A stretch of 64,000 nt of DNA from IMG/VR virus record IMGVR_UViG_3300010401_000005, positions 6,113 through 70,112 of that record, one strand, 5' to 3'. The notes under the pieces are model-generated. The model did not search any database, had not been told where the DNA came from, and worked only from the letters and a program-made list of their open reading frames with translations. This DNA comes from a virus. Both the position numbers and the translations under genes were made by a program. Positions 1 to 9,599 of this stretch are shown piece after piece (positions within the stretch are counted from its first letter, which is position 1; the number at the start of each line of letters is the position of its first letter).

Positions 1-217
1 GGCAATCTGTCGATCTTTCTCTGCCCAATCAATATCACTCATTTCCCTACCTCCTTTGTCCGCTCTATTTGCCGACCGTGAAGCGGACAATCTGCCGACA
101 TCCACCACCCGAACTTTGCCCCATTCCCCTAAATGCCCCTTACCGTGTCCGTTATCCAGCACCGGACAGGTACAGCCCTTTTTGATGGCTTCGGGGCTGC
201 CGGGGTTGGGTTTGTCG

Positions 218-883
218 TTACTCATTCTCGATACCTCCCTTCCATCTCTCCACACTCACCACCAATGCGCCACCCTCAACAGGCTCCCCGAACTCCATCT
301 CAATCCGCCTCACCTGTTTGTCATCTCGCAGCACGATCCCACTCAGAGAATCCTCTGCGAGTTTCAAAATATTACTCAGATCCACACAGACGCCGCTTTC
401 TACGCCCTTTTTCGTCCTGCGTGGATGCAACGTCACAAATAACGAAACATGGCCCAGGAATGGCACGGAGGGGCTGTACGCCTGTCGTGCAAGGTGTCCA
501 CACGCTTCTTTGTAGGCTTTCGCCTCCTTGCTGACGAAGACGCCGCTTTTGCCTGCCCTTGCGATACGGTTGACGGAGACGGGATAGGGAAATTCTATTG
601 TCACCGGCAACCCTGAGTTTGCCCCTTCCGGCGCCTGTGGCATCTTCTGGAGAGGTTTAACCGCCTCCGCCTCATAATGTCCGCGTGTATCCTGTGTGCG
701 GTCAATCGGTTTCAGTCCCGCTTCTGCGCGCGCCCAATCGGGTAGTTTTCGCGCTTCCTCTCCTGCCTTCTTAATTTGTGCAGTAACGCCCGACGCTTCC
801 AATTTCTGCCTGTTCTTGCGGGCGGTCTCCGGTTCCATACCACGCATCAGTTCGGCAACTTCTTCATCAGTAAATCCAGGCAT
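218..883 (-). CDS. rusA: RusA-family Holliday junction resolvase with N-terminal extension
   Basis: C-terminal motifs FPYPVSVN, KEAKAYK, DLSNILK..DSLSGIVLRDDKQV match RusA catalytic Asp/Lys pattern. Confidence 0.85.
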   Translation of the reverse strand: MPGFTDEEVAELMRGMEPETARKNRQKLEASGVTAQIKKAGEEARKLPDWARAEAGLKPIDRTQDTRGHYEAEAVKPLQKMPQAPEGANSGLPVTIEFPYPVSVNRIARAGKSGVFVSKEAKAYKEACGHLARQAYSPSVPFLGHVSLFVTLHPRRTKKGVESGVCVDLSNILKLAEDSLSGIVLRDDKQVRRIEMEFGEPVEGGALVVSVERWKGGIENE

Positions 884-897
884 TAGTCTTTCCTTCC

Positions 898-1581
898 CTA
901 TCGTGTCCCCTGTTGCTCATCAAAGAGGGTCAGGGGTGGGGTGTCCTGTTCGTCTGTTTGTGTCAACGGGATCGGTTCGGGTTGTGGTAACGCGGCCAAT
1001 ATCCGAATATCCTCCGCTATATCTCTGCCTGTCACAGCGTTTCCGATGAACGTCCAATTCGGGCGCGGCGGGAACAGTCCGTTTCGTGGTCGGTGAAACA
1101 TCTCAAGGTATGGGCCGTCCACAAGACGTTCCACGCGGTTGTACATCTCTTCGGGCTTCTCGCTGTGTTCGCCTATCCCTGAGACGATCACCTGCGCGAC
1201 TCCCTTGTCTAATCGCTTGGGCTTGCCGCGTGTCGCCAGCAAACAGGGTTCTGTGTTGGCGCGAGTCCAATAACCAAGATTGATGCGCGGCAGATTGCAG
1301 GCGGTCTTCTTCACCCAATCGAAGCCGAGCGTTTTGTACTCGAAGCCCCATGCCGTAATAGTTTCCAATGCTTCGGGTAACATCGGCCACGTCGCCCACA
1401 AAAATAGAACACAATCCTCTGCCGCAACGTCTGGAACGGGGAGAGAGCGAATCCAGTTGATTTCCTGCGTTTCATAGTGATGTTCGATTCGTCGGTCGTG
1501 CGTGTTGCCTGCTGACCATAAGGCTTTTGACCAACAATCAAACTTCCACGGCGGATCTGCGACGATAGTCCTGAATTTCAA
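898..1581 (-). CDS. MT-A70-family DNA N6-adenine methyltransferase
   Basis: IVADPPW, VLFLWAT, WGFEYKT, WVK, GYWTRANTEPCLLATRG, HSEKP motifs. Confidence 0.9.
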   Translation of the reverse strand: MKFRTIVADPPWKFDCWSKALWSAGNTHDRRIEHHYETQEINWIRSLPVPDVAAEDCVLFLWATWPMLPEALETITAWGFEYKTLGFDWVKKTACNLPRINLGYWTRANTEPCLLATRGKPKRLDKGVAQVIVSGIGEHSEKPEEMYNRVERLVDGPYLEMFHRPRNGLFPPRPNWTFIGNAVTGRDIAEDIRILAALPQPEPIPLTQTDEQDTPPLTLFDEQQGTR

Positions 1582-1763
1582 TGACCTGCCTCTTTTGCGA
1601 GTTGCTGCTTGAGCGTCTTCACTTCCACTTCTAAATTCTCAATACGCCCGCTGTTAATGCGAGAAACAAAACCAAGCGCAAAGAGGATATACAAAAGAAA
1701 CATCCATCCCATGACGCGCCACCCAAACGAAAACCTGCACGATTCGTATCTTGTCTCGAACAT
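1578..1763 (-). CDS. small single-TM protein with C-terminal coiled coil
   Basis: hydrophobic WMFLLYILFALGFV; stop overlaps start of the MTase gene; start moved to ATG after purine-rich RBS. Confidence 0.5.
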   Translation of the reverse strand: MFETRYESCRFSFGWRVMGWMFLLYILFALGFVSRINSGRIENLEVEVKTLKQQLAKEAGH

Positions 1764-1865
1764 TCTCTCTCCTTCCCTCCTATCCCCCAAAAACCGCAGG
1801 GGTGTACACTTTCCCCGCAAAATCGTGTTTGCGTACCAGAATCACCTGCTACGTGTCCGTATCGT

Positions 1866-2201
1866 CTATTTCGTATCTTCCTTCAACCCGTAGAAAATCG
1901 CAATCTCTTCCGCGCCCATCGGTTTGTCTTCTTCGAGTATCGTTTTGTCCAACGCTTCGCAAGGAACTATTCCCTCATCCCACAACGCCTTGCGGACGGC
2001 AGACCATGATCCTTCATCGGAAAATGCTTTGCGGGCGATTGCGGCAAGATGCTTTGCCTGCGCTCCGTCTTTCGCTTCACAGAGCCACCACGCTTCGCCG
2101 GGGCCAGCCTGTGCGCTAACAGCATGAAACTTCGGGTCGTCTCTACCTGCCGGATACCAACGACTTTGATAAACCGCTTTGATGATGACGCCTATTGCCA
2201 T
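1866..2201 (-). CDS. hypothetical phage protein
   Basis: 111-aa ORF, GGGAG RBS, same strand as operon. Confidence 0.55.
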   Translation of the reverse strand: MAIGVIIKAVYQSRWYPAGRDDPKFHAVSAQAGPGEAWWLCEAKDGAQAKHLAAIARKAFSDEGSWSAVRKALWDEGIVPCEALDKTILEEDKPMGAEEIAIFYGLKEDTK

Positions 2202-2247
2202 TTTGTCTTTCTCCCGTTCTCTCAGGCTAGAATCGTCAAGGTGAACT

Positions 2248-2574
2248 CTAACCCGTAAAAAGTGCTAAGTCGCTTCTCCGTGGCGCACACACTGAAAGAA
2301 CCGGCTTAATCTTGCGTAGTTGTCGCCCCAACACATTACAAAGCGTCCCATCCTCCAACCTCACCAACATGCTCCCATTTCTGCCGCGTACACAGCGACC
2401 GTCTTTATTACGAACGGCAGAGCAGAGAGCGCCTTTGAGTGTAGGGCAGGTTAGGCGATCTCCTCGGTACGTGTACTCCATCAGTCTACTGTCTCGACCG
2501 TCACAATCACAGTCGGCACATACCCTTCCGGCACCGAAACGCAAAACACATTCACCGGGCCGATACTTTGACAC
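2248..2574 (-). CDS. hypothetical Cys-rich phage protein
   Basis: 108-aa ORF in minus-strand operon. Confidence 0.45.
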   Translation of the reverse strand: MSKYRPGECVLRFGAGRVCADCDCDGRDSRLMEYTYRGDRLTCPTLKGALCSAVRNKDGRCVRGRNGSMLVRLEDGTLCNVLGRQLRKIKPVLSVCAPRRSDLALFTG

Positions 2575-2694
2575 GTTTCGATCTGCTTCCCGAAAAGGAT
2601 CTGCTTTTCGATTTCTGCCCGTGTCCTCGACCCCATCGCTATTTTGCTGTTGAGACTGATGGTATCTCCGGTTTCTTTCTGTTTGCTTCTCCTC

Positions 2695-2937
2695 TCAGTC
2701 TGCCGTCTCCGGGTTATCAATTTCACCCTTCCCATCACACACAAAGCATTTCGTAGACATCGCCCTCCATTTTTCAGGATACCTACGCCTCTCGTGATAC
2801 ACCCTTTCAAAGTTATCCTCTAACTGCCCAATGTTGCGTACACGGCCTCTGCCGTAGCATCTCCAACAGGGGAGGGTGCGCGGTTCTGATTGGATCTGCT
2901 TCATTTTGGTGAACTCCTCTCTCTTTGCAGTTTCCAC
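2695..2937 (-). CDS. small CxxCxGxG zinc-finger protein
   Basis: CWRCYGRG and CFVCDGKG motifs. Confidence 0.55.
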   Translation of the reverse strand: METAKREEFTKMKQIQSEPRTLPCWRCYGRGRVRNIGQLEDNFERVYHERRRYPEKWRAMSTKCFVCDGKGEIDNPETAD

Positions 2938-3260
2938 CCTTCTGCGCCCAAAGCCCGAATCCGTTCATACAACTTCAAGGATGGCTTTTGCCTATGTTCC
3001 GCGTACATGGTCTCTAGTTCGTCCCACGCTGCCACCATTGGCCCCCAATGTGGATACTTGGCACTGACTTCCTCCAGCCTATCCAGCCATTCAGGGAAAA
3101 GCGCAAAGAACCGTCTGCATCGCTCGAAGTCGTGAACATCGCTCGGTTCACTGCCGCCCATGTCACGGCCCGTCATTACACCGAAGATGCACTTTGACGA
3201 CGCGCCCACATCGCCGCCGACAAGCCAATCAATCTGCCTGTTTAAGTTATCTGTCGTCAT
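2901..3260 (-). CDS. conserved phage hypothetical protein
   Basis: WLxxGDVGASSK...PSDxxDFxRC pattern recalled from phage hypotheticals. Confidence 0.65.
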   Translation of the reverse strand: MTTDNLNRQIDWLVGGDVGASSKCIFGVMTGRDMGGSEPSDVHDFERCRRFFALFPEWLDRLEEVSAKYPHWGPMVAAWDELETMYAEHRQKPSLKLYERIRALGAEGWKLQRERSSPK

Positions 3261-3299
3261 CGTCTCTTAGTTATCTCCCTTCTCTTAGGGCGGGGGTCT

Positions 3300-3760
3300 G
3301 TGCGGCCCCTGGTGCCCCAGAAGAAACCTATTCCAGTAGACTCGTATTGATTGTAATAGTTCTATAAGGCTTTCGCCTATACCCTCTCCCTGCCGTTCCT
3401 CGCTTCTCTCCCTCTCCTCCCTCAACAGTAGCGTCGGTTCCCCTTGTCCTTGTCCAGCCCGGAGAAAAGTTCTCTGAGTAGGTGCAGACCACCCGGCGAT
3501 GTTTAGGCAAATGCCTCCTGTCCGGGTCAGGTTCAAAAGTGTTACTGTGTCGGTCGTGTTGGTCGCTTCGCTTCGGGCCTCTTGCGAGGCAGGCACTCCT
3601 TTTCAGAAGAACGCTTGCGCGTCGGTCGTCGGACTCTTACCGAGGTACTTTCGTAGACCGCTTTCGATGATTCCCGCAGGGCAATGACCCTGTAATGGAC
3701 ACCTATCCCCCATCCGGTCGTGAACCCGGATTACATGATCTTCAGGGGCGAAACTCTTTT
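3300..3760 (-). ncRNA. candidate ~450-nt structured RNA rich in GNRA-capped hairpins
   Basis: ~580-bp gap with no credible gene; minus-strand hairpins TAC-GAAA-GTA, ACGC-GCAA-GCGT, CTTCT-GAAA-AGGAG, GCCTC-GCAA-GAGGC, TATAGGC-GAAA-GCCTTATA; long-range TAGGTG/CACCTA pairing; ends approximate. Confidence 0.55.
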
Positions 3761-3845
3761 TATCTTTTTGCTGTCAATTCATTTTAGAGGAGGCATGGAA
3801 CCTGCTGCGGCATGATGGGGAAAGCCTCTCCTAAAGCATCCTCTG

Positions 3846-4109
3846 TCAGTTCATGGTCGAGCAGTTGTAAAACGCATCGCATACCGCATCGGGAACTATG
3901 ATCTCTCTGTAGAATTCTCCTGTCTCCATCCCGATAGAAGTTCCCTTCGGCATATTGTACTTTTGTATCAATTCAGAGATAACGCTTTTCTGCTTCCGAA
4001 AAGTATCCTCAGAAGGATGATCGAATGCCTTTTCGCATGCGTTCCACATTTCGACGCGTTCTTCTTCTGTGATGAATTTGCCCGTGCCTGCCGATGTAGT
4101 CCAACTCAT
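3846..4109 (-). CDS. hypothetical protein
   Basis: ATGA overlap with helicase stop; start MSWTT. Confidence 0.55.
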   Translation of the reverse strand: MSWTTSAGTGKFITEEERVEMWNACEKAFDHPSEDTFRKQKSVISELIQKYNMPKGTSIGMETGEFYREIIVPDAVCDAFYNCSTMN

Positions 4110-5920
4110 GCCTCTACCTTCTCCTTTTTGGCGTTCCACTTTTCCATATACTCTCCGATGAGTTTTAGGGCGTACCCATAGGGCATACAATCAATTTGCT
4201 GATCGGTATGCCCATTTGCCCGAAGGCATTTGTAACGTCCCGGAGATAACTTCTGAAGGGTTCCCCGCGAAGTTACCAACGCCATTGCCTCTCGGTGTTC
4301 CTTTATCTTCCAGTTTATCCACCGCTCGGCGTGGTCAAAATAGGCTTTGACACTTGCCCCGACAGAACCCTCTTTTTCAAGAAGTACGCTCCCTCCTTGC
4401 GAGATAATCACCTTGCCTGCATCTCCCTCATATATCAGATGTGCGGAATAGGAAGGAGGAGTTTTCGTGTACAGAAAATGCCCCGGATTGCCTGTACAGA
4501 CCTTCCACTTCTCTTTGGATTTTGCGCCACTATTACGCATCAGGTCGAGGTTTTCCATGACAACCGCCAACTCTTCAAAGTTCTTCGGCATTTTACCGAG
4601 GACTTCTCCCATTTCCTCCGCAGTTTCCGCCCTTTCTACCATCTTCTTCGCTTCTGTCAACGAATGGCCCTGCAAGTCCAGATCGGCAGGCAGATCCAGC
4701 ATAACCGGGACGGTGCAAACTTCATGTTTCCCACATACCCCCACCAGATCCAAAATCAAAGCGTCCGGTTTCGCGCTGGCAGCAATCTTATCCCGTCGCG
4801 ATTCCGAGGAATAGAGTTCCATCCCGTTTAGAAGTCCGTCAAGCGGTCGAGTTGCGCGGCCTGCTCTCTGCATGTATCGCGTCCAACTCTTTGTCATGTG
4901 CGCCATGAGGATACAGGAGCAATTCGGGGCGTCCACGCCCTTGCCATAGACGCCGAAATTACAGAGGACTTTAACACTCCCATCCTTGAGATTTTCAAGG
5001 GCATAATGCCGCGTCTGTGGATCGGTTTCGCAGTCTACGGAAACCGAAGGAATACCTGCCGCCGTGAAATGCTCCGCGAGGGCGGCAGCGTGGTGTACGG
5101 ACGCGCAAAAGGCTATAGTCGGTCTGTCTTCGGCATACTGCTTCCACGCCGATACAATGGCATCATTTACTTCGTCGCGGTCGGTTTCGGCAGCGAGTTC
5201 GGTTTGATTGAATTCCGATTCACCGTCCTTTGAAATACTCTTGACTTTCGAGAGATCAATCGGAACCGGCAAACCTTTGCCGCGTATCGGGACAATCCAC
5301 CCGTCTTCTATCGCTTCAATCAGATCGTAATTAAAGCAGTGGATCTCAAAGACGCTCGTTTCCTTGCTGGCAGGCTTCTTCTTGCCGTCTTTGTCCTCAA
5401 TGATATAAGGCGTTCCGTCTGGGCGCAGCGCCGCAAGACTCTTTCTATCCAATCGCTTGAGCGTTGCCGTACATCCCACCTTTACCGCGTCAGGAAATCG
5501 GGTGAAGAGTTTCTTAAACGAAGCCGCCGCCGCCGTGTGGCATTCGTCAGTTATGATTGCATCAGGCGTCCACCCATTCAATCGCCTTTCGGAATAAATT
5601 GTCTGGATGGTTGCGACTACGACGCGGTGTTGTGGAGCGCAGTAGTTTGAATTGCTCTCCACCCCTATAACCATCTCAGAGAGTTTGCAATGGTCACGAA
5701 TGCGCTTGTATGCCTGCTCTACGAGTTCGCGGCTATCCACCACGACGAGAACTCGCCAATCATAGTCCTCTAAAAAATGGCGCGTGATCTCCGAGAATAC
5801 CGTCGTTTTTCCTGCACCTGTCGGCAGGGTATAGCATATGCGCGCATACCCTGCAACGAGTGCATCGAATACTGCGTCTGTTGCGCCATGTTGATAAGGG
5901 CGGAGGATTTGAGTTCCCAT
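4106..5920 (-). CDS. superfamily 2 DEAD/DEAH-box helicase
   Basis: LRPYQ Q-motif, PTGAGKT, DECH, TAT, GVD, QRAGRATR. Confidence 0.93.
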   Translation of the reverse strand: MGTQILRPYQHGATDAVFDALVAGYARICYTLPTGAGKTTVFSEITRHFLEDYDWRVLVVVDSRELVEQAYKRIRDHCKLSEMVIGVESNSNYCAPQHRVVVATIQTIYSERRLNGWTPDAIITDECHTAAAASFKKLFTRFPDAVKVGCTATLKRLDRKSLAALRPDGTPYIIEDKDGKKKPASKETSVFEIHCFNYDLIEAIEDGWIVPIRGKGLPVPIDLSKVKSISKDGESEFNQTELAAETDRDEVNDAIVSAWKQYAEDRPTIAFCASVHHAAALAEHFTAAGIPSVSVDCETDPQTRHYALENLKDGSVKVLCNFGVYGKGVDAPNCSCILMAHMTKSWTRYMQRAGRATRPLDGLLNGMELYSSESRRDKIAASAKPDALILDLVGVCGKHEVCTVPVMLDLPADLDLQGHSLTEAKKMVERAETAEEMGEVLGKMPKNFEELAVVMENLDLMRNSGAKSKEKWKVCTGNPGHFLYTKTPPSYSAHLIYEGDAGKVIISQGGSVLLEKEGSVGASVKAYFDHAERWINWKIKEHREAMALVTSRGTLQKLSPGRYKCLRANGHTDQQIDCMPYGYALKLIGEYMEKWNAKKEKVEA

Positions 5921-5923
5921 ATG

Positions 5924-6799
5924 TTACCTCGGCTGCATGTTTCCGGGCAGAAGGGCGTAATGTAGTTTCACCGTCTCCATGCACCCGGACAACCCTGTAA
6001 AGGTGATGAAGAGGCTATTTACGGTATCATCTCGCTGGCATGTCTGTGCGAGGTGTACGGGGGTTTTCACGAAGTCCTCTTCGATAGGTGCGCCGCCGAC
6101 AATGGCGCGGGCCTCCTCTTCGGTTTCGGGAAAGTCGTTGATGGGGTCAAAGTCTTCGTGAATGCGCTCGGATTCGCTTTCCTCTGGGCTATCAAACAGG
6201 GGCTTGTGTTCCTCCTGCCTTGCACGTTCCTTTTCTGCCAGTTCCGCCGCTTTCTTTGCAGTCAGTTCTCTATCGGCGGCAGAGGGATCGGGAGAAGTCG
6301 GACGCGACGGCATCAGGTGCGCTTTGATAATCTGCCCTAACTGCCGGTATTCAATCTTTTTTGAAGCGGGGTCGGTTTCCAGTCGGTTCGCATCCGAAAG
6401 ACCGTAAAACTGTTCTAGCACAACCGCCTTCTTTGCCGGTTCCAACTTCGCAAAATCGCGGGTGATAGTCGTCGGAACGAGGGAAAGTTTGAGGCGGTCT
6501 GTCTCTTTACTCCACAATGTGAGTAAATCGGCGTTTGTGATTTGCTTGATAGCAAGTGTTTGTTCTACCTGTTGGATACGGTCAAACGCCGTGCTTTCGG
6601 AAAGCCCGAACACCTTTTCGGCATAATCCTTGTAGGCGGAATAGTTCAATGCCCTGTATCCACGTCGAATGTACATGATGTACTGAGCGATCATCAGGTA
6701 CAGATCCGAACGCACCCGCGTTGCGTCAAACTCACGGGCCATTTTGTTCAGTTCCTCCGCTTCGCTGCGGGTGAAGTCTTTGACAATCTCTTCGCTCAT
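5924..6799 (-). CDS. hypothetical protein (possible replication/DNA-binding protein)
   Basis: 291-aa ORF directly upstream of helicase with its own promoter and leader. Confidence 0.7.
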   Translation of the reverse strand: MSEEIVKDFTRSEAEELNKMAREFDATRVRSDLYLMIAQYIMYIRRGYRALNYSAYKDYAEKVFGLSESTAFDRIQQVEQTLAIKQITNADLLTLWSKETDRLKLSLVPTTITRDFAKLEPAKKAVVLEQFYGLSDANRLETDPASKKIEYRQLGQIIKAHLMPSRPTSPDPSAADRELTAKKAAELAEKERARQEEHKPLFDSPEESESERIHEDFDPINDFPETEEEARAIVGGAPIEEDFVKTPVHLAQTCQRDDTVNSLFITFTGLSGCMETVKLHYALLPGNMQPR

Positions 6800-6970
6800 C
6801 CAATCCCCCTTAGACGAAATTAACCCTTCTGCGGTTAGGTGTCTAGTCCGGTTGCAGAAGGGTTAATAGTGGGGCAAAAATTGGTATGGGTACCCCACGT
6901 TTTGAAATTTTTGTTATTGTGTTACCGAACTAGACGTATTCATTCTACCCGCAAAAACCTATCCTGTCAA
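6800..6970 (-). promoter_or_regulatory. sigma70 promoter plus attenuator-like leader
   Basis: TTGACA(6970-6965)-17bp-TAGAAT(6947-6942); 13-bp IR TTAACCCTTCTGC/GCAGAAGGGTTAA; 5' GTCTAGTTCGG complementary to loop CCGGACTAGAC. Confidence 0.75.
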
Positions 6971-7318
6971 GAGTTTCGCTATCGGATCTTTCTCCGGTGG
7001 CGGAAACTCTTGCGTATCCCCGCAGGCGTGACAGTGATAGCCCTCCGCTCTGGGCCATCGGCACACAGGACATTCAAGGATTATCGGGGCGGTCACGATT
7101 TGCAACAGAAGTTTGAACGCCTCGTACTCCTGACCTCCAGGCGGTGCGATCCGTGGCGGCGCGGTCTGCTTGTCCCAATACACGCAGTAGGACAGCATGA
7201 CCACGTTTCGCATGTTCCTATCTTCCACCCACTCCGTGAGTTTATAGGCCATGAAGCGGGCGACAGGAGGGAAGTCTACCAGGCGGGGAACTGTGCGATG
7301 GGTGCGGTTTGCGCTCAC
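6959..7318 (-). CDS. hypothetical protein with C-terminal zinc ribbon
   Basis: CPVC...CHAC; start overlaps the stop of the upstream gene. Confidence 0.6.
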   Translation of the reverse strand: MSANRTHRTVPRLVDFPPVARFMAYKLTEWVEDRNMRNVVMLSYCVYWDKQTAPPRIAPPGGQEYEAFKLLLQIVTAPIILECPVCRWPRAEGYHCHACGDTQEFPPPEKDPIAKLLTG

Positions 7319-8499
7319 TTCACCCCTCCTGCCACTACCTCAAGTTTCCCTTCGCGCATGATGTCGCCAGTCTGGATGAAGTAATTGACGAATACCAACT
7401 CCTCATCGGCAAGCGTTGCGAAACCAATCTCATTGCAGGGAAGTTCCCTCCCCACAACTTCGGAGAACTTCACCCGGTCAATCGCGCAGTTTGCACACCA
7501 TTCCGTAAAAGCCTTGTCCTGTTCGGGGGAGAGAGACGCGGGAATAATTCGCTCGGAAAGAGGCTTCTCACCCTTCGTCGTGTGGTTCTGATCGTATGCC
7601 GCGTTGAATGCTTCCACGTCGGCAGGAGGAATGGGGGCAAGGGCGGCGATTGCGCGAATCCATCTCTCATCATCGGCGTTGAAGGCTTCCGCGTAGATTT
7701 CAGGGGTGAAGTTCTTCGGCGTCCTTCCGAGGATGGAGACAAGCAGATTCCCGGTATTTCCGGTGTATCCGAGATCGAAGGCTTTGTTTTTGCAGTCGGT
7801 TTTCCACTCTGCCGCCGTCTTCACAGGTTCAGCAGTTTGCGTCTCCTGTGGGGGCGTGGTGGCTTCTGACGCAGGTTCCGACATACTGAGGTCTTCCAAA
7901 TCTTGCGTGTAGAACTCGCTGGCATTTGTGGCGAGGAGGACGGCGGCAATCATGGCCCGTTTCTGTGCCATTTTCTGAAAGGTGTTTACCAGGTCTGCCA
8001 TATCGTCATTAGGCAGAAGATAGTCAGATCCGTACCTGCCTACAACCGGCTTTCCTCTACGCTTCTCTTCCTCCGTCGCCTTGTTGCCGAAGACGCGCCG
8101 GTATCGGTATTTCTTCTCCCATGAGTTGCAAGATCCTTCCGAATCAGCAAGGAGGAAGTCACCCCGATAGAGGGAACAACTATACCGATAGTAGAAGAAG
8201 GGTTCGCCGCCGTGTCTCTCCCCCGTCCAATCCTCTTCACATTGATCGAGGTTGAATTTTGGAGTAAGGCCGAACATGGAGCAAAGTTTTTCCGCTCCCG
8301 GTTTGTAGAGCGTGGGTTTGTTGGTTCCGGGTATCGTGCCGTAGTCGTGTCCATCCTTCATACACTGAGAGGTAAAGTCCACGATAGCCTGACGCCGCTT
8401 CAACGCCTGGGTGATGTCCATAATTGGCATGAACTGGCTGGAGTCTACGATAGCCGGTAGGTTCCGATAACTCGTCTCAATAATCTCTTCTGCGCTCAT
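7315..8499 (-). CDS. phage single-strand annealing recombinase-like protein
   Basis: DYGTIPG..KPTLYKPGAEKL, EGSCNS.EKKY, NT..KMAQKRA..AAVL, FYTQDLED motifs and acidic/Pro linker. Confidence 0.7.
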   Translation of the reverse strand: MSAEEIIETSYRNLPAIVDSSQFMPIMDITQALKRRQAIVDFTSQCMKDGHDYGTIPGTNKPTLYKPGAEKLCSMFGLTPKFNLDQCEEDWTGERHGGEPFFYYRYSCSLYRGDFLLADSEGSCNSWEKKYRYRRVFGNKATEEEKRRGKPVVGRYGSDYLLPNDDMADLVNTFQKMAQKRAMIAAVLLATNASEFYTQDLEDLSMSEPASEATTPPQETQTAEPVKTAAEWKTDCKNKAFDLGYTGNTGNLLVSILGRTPKNFTPEIYAEAFNADDERWIRAIAALAPIPPADVEAFNAAYDQNHTTKGEKPLSERIIPASLSPEQDKAFTEWCANCAIDRVKFSEVVGRELPCNEIGFATLADEELVFVNYFIQTGDIMREGKLEVVAGGVK

Positions 8500-8687
8500 T
8501 GTCTACACTCCTTGCAGTCACATCTGCCGTGTGATCTGCGATACTTGTGCGTCAGGTATTCCACCATCTTGACCTGCGCCAATGTCAGCACCATGCACTT
8601 CTGCGCATTCAGTAGGAACCTCCTGTCGGCAGGAGATGTCGAACACATCAGGAGTAGTTCCACCTTATCCAGAGGTTTCGTTGTCAT
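8496..8687 (-). CDS. hypothetical protein
   Basis: 63 aa, ATGA-coupled on both sides. Confidence 0.55.
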   Translation of the reverse strand: MTTKPLDKVELLLMCSTSPADRRFLLNAQKCMVLTLAQVKMVEYLTHKYRRSHGRCDCKECRQ

Positions 8688-9361
8688 GGGGCATCCTCCG
8701 CGAAGGTGTCTTCGTCACCGTCATCGAAGTCGAAACTCCCTTGCGGGATGCAGGCAAAGGAGAGGAACTTGGTCGGCTTCTCGAAGTTCACCCTTAACTC
8801 TCTTGTAGCCGTATTCAAAACATAGCAGGCCTCCTCCGTTGTCAGTGAAGCGGTATCGGCTTGCAGTCCATGCTCCGAAAGGAAGGCTTTGAGGTTCCCG
8901 CTTCCTGTAAAGATGGTGTGCGTGCGCACACCATCTTCCTCGGTATGCGCCTTTATTATCTTATCATAGCGCATACCATTGGGGCGACTCCGAAGGTGGA
9001 AGTTGAATGACTTGCTTCCGTTGCGCTTATCAGCAGGCCACCGTCGGGCGACCCCGGCACAGACACAAAACTCGTTGTAGATCGGTTCCCAATGCGCGCC
9101 GAATGCCTGACGGAAAACTTTCGCCTTATCTCCATACTGCGAGGAGAGCGCAATCATGTAATCCCCTTTGAAGAATTTCACCTCGCAGTTAATCCGCTGG
9201 CTTATGCCTTGAAGGAGCATCAGCCCCGAAACGGCGTCACCGAGCGAAAGTTCTCCCACGACGCACGCCATAGTTTCTATCTTGACGGGGAGTTTACCGA
9301 ACATCTCCTGTATGCCGGTTCGGTAGATAGCGGACACGCCGCCGATACGTTCATCTTGCAT
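8684..9361 (-). CDS. hypothetical protein with acidic C-terminus
   Basis: 225 aa, GGAGG RBS, own promoter/leader. Confidence 0.7.
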   Translation of the reverse strand: MQDERIGGVSAIYRTGIQEMFGKLPVKIETMACVVGELSLGDAVSGLMLLQGISQRINCEVKFFKGDYMIALSSQYGDKAKVFRQAFGAHWEPIYNEFCVCAGVARRWPADKRNGSKSFNFHLRSRPNGMRYDKIIKAHTEEDGVRTHTIFTGSGNLKAFLSEHGLQADTASLTTEEACYVLNTATRELRVNFEKPTKFLSFACIPQGSFDFDDGDEDTFAEDAP

Positions 9362-9534
9362 GGGAACCTCCAGACGAAATAAAGCCGCACCCGAAAGCTA
9401 CGATCTTGTCTAAGGAGTCGAAGTAGGGGTGCGGCCATTTTCGCGCAGGGTCTCCCCTGACACGCTGTTAAATTTGTATTACTTCGTACCCCTTAGACAG
9501 CTTTAGTATACTCTATTTCGCCTGTAGAAATCAA
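9362..9534 (-). promoter_or_regulatory. promoter plus attenuator-like leader
   Basis: TTGATT-18bp-TATACT; GCCGCACCC/GGGTGCGGC hairpin followed by TTTATTT; 5' end complementary (~19 bp) to the hairpin loop. Confidence 0.7.
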
Positions 9535-9599
9535 TCCCTATTCCCTGTCGCACCCTTCCACACTACACGTCACACCCTCATAGAGTTTTCGCCTGCCCA

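Noticed and set aside
3285-3687. Short ORFs in the 3.3-3.7 kb gap
   Set aside because: No protein-like motifs or coupling; region better explained by RNA structure, though coding is not excluded
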